NCBI RefSeq assembly: GCF_001186125.1
Contig: NW_014040244.1
Coordinates: 48,936-89,807, forward strand
Length of the DNA: 40,872 nt
Reading direction: 5' to 3'
From: Sphaeroforma arctica JP610
Lineage: Eukaryota
The notes under the pieces: model-generated
Told to the model about the DNA's origin: nothing
Seen by the model: the letters and a program-made list of their open reading frames with translations, nothing else
The model's database searches: none
Translations under genes and position numbers: made by a program
Shown: positions 35,801 to 40,872 of the stretch, piece after piece
Layout of the letters: each line of letters opens with the position of its first letter
How positions within the stretch are numbered: the first letter of the stretch is position 1

Positions 35801-38067
35801 GCAAGTCGTGCTTATGAAAACGATACAAGCACCCTCGCTCATACACAGCACAACCAGCCCCCACGTATATAAGCCGGGGAAGACCTACCATGACCAGACA
35901 GGACCGATATGGGGACCATTCATCGCCCATGTAGATGTGGTGTGATGAGAAGAAGGCGGTGCCCTCGAAAATCAATGCCAACGGCAGCAGTACTGCAGCC
36001 ATCACCGGCGTCACATGGTACAGAGTGTCTGTGATGATGCAGATATACGAGATATTTGTTGAACAAGGGGGGCGTATTGGAATGGAGTGAAATATCATAG
36101 ACGTGTGTATCAGAGTGTGCGTGATGGTAGTGAGTGTCTGCATGGTATGAAATACAAGAGAGTGGGGGGCATTAAAAGGTTAAAGAATACAAACGAACCG
36201 CCGGAGACGTTGTGTAGTCCAGCGTGTGACATGCCTGGGAGAGCCTGGGTAGCACAAAGAGCACCAAGGGAGTTGAGTGTGCGATTACGAGACATGACCG
36301 TACCATGCGTGATGTATTTAGGGCGATGCATTATAGAAGGATAAGGAGTGGCGAATTGAAGACAGACCAACACAAAGACTGATTCGAAGGCCCAGAGTTA
36401 GAGGCGCAGTATACGCCGACGCAGAAGGACGTTGGATGAACCCGAGTGCCCTAGTCGAGGGCGTAGACACTAGAGCATTCGTTGCTACGAGGAATTCGCA
36501 CACAAGAGTCCACGCGTACACCCGAGCATACCGATTGGATTGTGAAGGCCAAATTGCTTGTGTTGCAGCAGCAGCTGTGTGAGCACCCACCGTAGACCAG
36601 CCATAACGGTAGCCGTCATCACCAGTACCAGGCCAAGCACGTTGTATTCAGCCTCACCGCCGTACGTGAACAGTATCACCCCCAGTGAGATGGTTACTAT
36701 CACACCCAGCAGTGCGAAACTGGTATGTGACAAGCAAGGATATAGTTAGTAGACTGAACCGAAGGTTGGAGGCGGCGCTACAAGTGTGTGCGTGAGTGGT
36801 TGATGGTCTACTACCTCCCTCCCACACGGTGTCATGTACCCTGCGATTATAATCCCTCTTCTGTGGGAGTGTGAACAGGGACTAATAATCCGACCCAGCA
36901 TACGCTCAAATCTAGCAGCAAAACGCGAACAGTAGCAAAAGAAAACGAAACAAAAGTGTGGAGAAAAAAAAAAGAAGCATACAAATACAACCTCGCGAAT
37001 CTGAACATATATATAATAATTCCTGTGTGACACACCTGGGTCTCTCCACACGGAAGCAGAATGCGAACAACAGCAAGAAGATAATGGAGGTGGACTTGCA
37101 GATGGTATATGTGGTGATGTTGATGTATAAGATAGCTGTGTTCGAAAGTCCAATATCCAAAGCCGACGATGCGCCCGTGGGTACCGCTCCTTGGAAATAC
37201 GCTTTCGCTATATAAACAAATTGAAACGAATCATTTCGTTAGAGAATGCAGTGTTAACAAAGGATTGTATGCCCCTAATGTAGCGTGTCATATATATATA
37301 TAGATATAGATATAGATATAGATATAGATATAGATATAGATATACATACACATACCTATACACACGCACACACACATGNNNNNNNNNNNNNNNNNNNNNN
37401 NNNNNNNNNNNNNNNNNNNNNNNNNNNNNNNNNNNNNNNNNNNNNNNNNNNNNNNNNNNNNNNNNNNNNNNNNNNNNNNNNNNNNNNNNNNNNNNNNNNN
37501 NNNNNNNNNNNNNNNNNNNNNNNNNNNNNNNNNNNNNNNNNNNNNNNNNNNNNNNNNNNNNNNNNNNNNNNNNNNNNNNNNNNNNNNNNNNNNNNNNNNN
37601 NNNNNNNNNNNNNNNNNNNNNNNNNNNNNNNNNNNNNNNNNNNNNNNNNNNNNNNNNNNNNNNNNNNNNNNNNNNNNNNNNNNNNNNNNNNNNNNNNNNN
37701 NNNNNNNNNNNNNNNNNNNNNNNNNNNNNNNNNNNNNNNNNNNNNNNNNNNNNNNNNNNNNNNNNNNNNNNNNNNNNNNNNNNNNNNNNNNNNNNNNNNN
37801 NNNNNNNNNNNNNNNNNNNNNNNNNNNNNNNNNNNNNNNNNNNNNNNNNNNNNNNNNNNNNNNNNNNNNNNNNNNNNNNNNNNNNNTGTGTGTGTGTGTA
37901 TATATATATAAAATATATATATTACACTCACCATCAAGCAAGGGTCGTCTATTTCCAGTCCACCTGAACAAGCTCGCGCGACAGAGCCACGCTAAAAGAA
38001 AATTGCTCACCATGTGCACAGAGGTCACGGTCAGTGGAAAGTGAAGTCCATAGTGATTGAACAACCA
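32753..38067 (-). CDS. SLC35C2-like nucleotide-sugar / triose-phosphate transporter (TPT family), first exon(s) missing
   Basis: The exons are 38067-37932, 37207-37036, 36719-36532, 36028-35889, 35640-35542, 34453-34369 and 32979-32753, all in phase. Motifs include HFPLTVTSVH, PTGASSALDIGLSN, YTICKSTSIIFLLLFAFCFRVERP, AGLRWVLTQLLLQ, NPIDTLYHVTPVM and SEFLLISRTSSVTLSVAGIMKELLTI. Confidence 0.92.
33889..34125. repeat. 34-bp intronic minisatellite, seven copies
   Basis: The unit is ACTCACACCCCCAAGCTCAGACACAATACCAAAC. Confidence 0.93.
34806..35070. repeat. Intronic direct repeat with a period of about 150 bp, two copies
   Basis: AAACATATTATATAGGTA..ACATGCGTAATAACACAGCGCTCATACA starts at about 34807 and about 34959. 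Confidence 0.85.
37379..37886. other. Assembly gap (N run)
   Basis: This is a run of Ns. Further 20-N gaps lie at 9841-9860, 11976-11995, 19076-19095, 22209-22228 and 38519-38538. Confidence 0.99.
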
Positions 38068-38594
38068 CTGTCGAAATATTTTTTGTCAGGCGGTTAGTGG
38101 GTTTACACGTAATGATACGTCATAGTACGATGATTAATGATGTACCTTTGGAATTTTCAGAGTTTTCTGATGCCGTGGCTTTGACTTGATACTGAGAAAA
38201 GATGTGCTATATAGAGTGCTGATAATATCAACTATATAGTGGTTTGTATTAACTTTGCACAAAACATTCGCGCGATGCCTCGATTGCAGACTATGAAGTT
38301 TCTGTGCCATGATTCACTGTTTAGAATCATGGTTGTTCAGTTACCCAAACATACATACCACATAAGTGAATGTATCTTATGCATGTTTACGTACGTATAT
38401 GTATTAATGTCAATTAATTTATACAAGTGTTTTAAAAAAATTACCCAGAATAATAATAAAGATGATAATACCAAAAACAATGACGATAATAATGATAATA
38501 ATGATAATAATATATAATNNNNNNNNNNNNNNNNNNNNTTGTACACACACACACACACACACACACTCACACACATATATATATATATATATAN

Positions 38595-38645
<51 letters not shown>

Positions 38646-39109
38646 TACATATACATACATATATATATAAATATAAATCTTTTATTTTTCAATGTTGGAG
38701 TGTGCGTGTCTATCATTTATATACATATAAACATATAATTTTCTTAGAAGTACATACTTGTGGGAATAATGCCCAACAGATCTATATATAAAAACATATA
38801 TACATATGTATATATACTAGATATCGCACAGCTAAAACGTTTTATAGATGCGAAAGAAAGTACTCAATATCCTATGAATGCTTTGAGGAGCTCGTATACG
38901 AAGCAAAGTGGCAGCCTGTTACTTGTATTGACATGTTAGATATCATACGCAAATAGATACGACATGTCCAAGTTGCAAGTGTTTCAGACGCCACTTTATC
39001 GAATTCAACTGGATGAGGGACATATACATCTATACTTCAGATGCACAATTAGAACAGGCACTATATGTAACCGAGTTAGAACAAACAAACTTGCACCTCA
39101 GGAAAAAAA

Positions 39110-39740
39110 GTACACAGGCACACACACACACACATAGCTACACAGACAGACAGAGACACAGAAATACAGCTACACAGACAGATACAGACACACACGTAGC
39201 TATACATACAGATGCAGACACAGACACACAATAACACAGACAGATACATACACAAACACACAGTTACACAGACAGACACAGACACTCACGTAGTTTTACA
39301 TGCAGATACACACACACACACACAGTAACACAGACAGATACAGACACACATACAGCTACACAGACAGACACAGTGACACTGACCCACAGACACAGACACA
39401 AATGTGGAACACACAGATAATCACAGATGCACTTACCGACACATAATCAGACGTGAACATCTACACAAACAAATACACAGACAAACTCAGTAACACACAC
39501 ACGAACACAGACAGACACAGACACACAGACACACAAAGATATACACAGTCACACACTGACACGCGCACAACATACAGACACACATACAAACAGACAGACA
39601 GGCATAGAGACGCAGACATACAGACACAGTCGGACATACACACACAGACATATACACATATAAACAGACAAACACGAGCACACATACACATAGACACACA
39701 CATATACACACAGACACAGACACACACATACCTATGTACA
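39110..39740. repeat. CA/ACAG-rich low-complexity tract (AGA intron 2)
   Basis: ACACAGAC-type units are reiterated across the tract. Confidence 0.9.
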
Positions 39741-39870
39741 TACATCTACGCGTCGAAATTCTTATGGTGAATATAAATATAAGTGAAAACATTGCAGCAG
39801 ATATTAATAGAGTACAACAAATGCAGAAATGCAAATTCCTATACCCGTACATATTGGCAGTCAAACTCAC

Positions 39871-40859
39871 CCCCACGTGCTAACAACTAGCGGTACCACA
39901 TTCTCGGCACTGTCTGTGTCCTGACTGCGTTCCGTGTGAGTACTACAGCTTCCCGACTAGATTGGTCATTGCGAGAGTGATGGTACATGCGTCAGTTGTG
40001 CTAGAGAGGCTCCGTTGAAGCTATTTGCGTGCCATGTGAAGAGGGAAATACGTTTATAGCCAGATGAACTAGGAAAAGATAGTCGCACGGCAGTCTACAG
40101 AGGCATGGACAAGTCAATGCGGGATATCAGCTTATAGTCGGTTGTACTAGAGAGTGCTGATAGTGCTAAGTAGTAAGTAGTCAGTTGCTAAGTGGTAGAT
40201 GTCAATATGAGGATAAGAATGAAGACTGAGTTAATCGCACTACAGATGCAAGCAGGAGGTAAATATATTCAACTAAGAATAGCAGAATAAATGCGAAACA
40301 AAACCACCAAAATAAACGACCAAGCTAGTGATACTGTAATTACATGACCAAGCTATGTTTCACGGGAAGATGATGTAGAAGCCACGAATGATAGTGAGCG
40401 TTTGTAAACAAGAAAACTCGAACTATAGCAGTATAAACAAAGTAAAGGTTGAGTATAACATAATATATATTTTTTTTTGATTTGAGACCTCGAATACAAC
40501 TGGGACTGGCAGTGCAATTGTGCCTTTCTGTGGACATACCAGAATCACTTACCTGTGAATTCGAATACTACGATACCAGCTAAAGCCACACCAACACTGT
40601 AAGTATATTTAAATGCATAGGGGTTATTGCCCGTAAAGTTGTGAAGCCCCATATACGTTTATGCATACATACTATAGTCTCTTACCTGAGAGTTCGAATA
40701 CGACGTTAGCAAGAGCCATGCCAGCACAGTGCAAAGAATATTCAAAAGTATGGTATGTCCTGCCTTTGAGCCCAGAAGCGGACTGACCCCGACTGTACGC
40801 CCTGTAAAGTGACCTTGTTTGCTGTAGATACCTAACGTATTCATCTCTGCGGTTGTCAT
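39871..40859 (-). CDS. AGA: AGA 5' exons 1-2 (hydrophobic signal/anchor segment plus PLVVSTW N-terminus), displaced to the opposite strand
   Basis: Exon 40859-40686 encodes MTTAEM...ILLNILCTVLAWLLLTSYSNSQ and ends CAG|GTAAG in phase 0. Exon 39956-39871 starts tag|TCG, encodes SGSCSTHTERSQDTDSAENVVPLVVSTW+GG and ends at GTGAGT. PLVVSTW matches the AGA N-terminal motif PLVVNTW, and the phase-2 end fits exon 573. Confidence 0.8.
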
Positions 40860-40872
40860 ATCTTCCTATATA

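Noticed and set aside
573..38067. Glycan-metabolism gene cluster (AGA, SLC35, DUF2062, PLP enzyme)
   Set aside because: No shared pathway can be supported from sequence, and the local gene order is itself uncertain because of the gaps.

Overview
This is a draft-assembly window (six N gaps) from an intron-rich, microsatellite-rich unicellular eukaryote. The intron style would fit a holozoan or ichthyosporean-like protist, but that is inference. Contents from left to right: (1) eight + strand exons of a glycosylasparaginase (AGA), with an AT-rich tRNA-Asn(GTT)-like sequence inside one intron; (2) a decayed Ty3/Gypsy retrotransposon with gag-like, protease, RT and RNase H parts and no integrase; (3) an intronless 572-aa low-complexity orphan ORF; (4) a five-exon DUF2062 membrane protein on the - strand; (5) a divergently oriented three-exon gene with a bacterial-type architecture of degenerate kinase + degenerate M23 + class-III PLP enzyme; (6) a 5'-incomplete SLC35C2/TPT-family transporter on the - strand whose stop-codon region is tandemly amplified to seven copies. 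The most striking result is that the two missing 5' exons of AGA lie about 39 kb away on the opposite strand, with matching splice phase. A second recurring pattern is decayed tandem 'echoes' of exon/intron junctions in many introns. Exon structures were derived by hand from GT..AG boundaries and reading-frame phase; no database searches were run.
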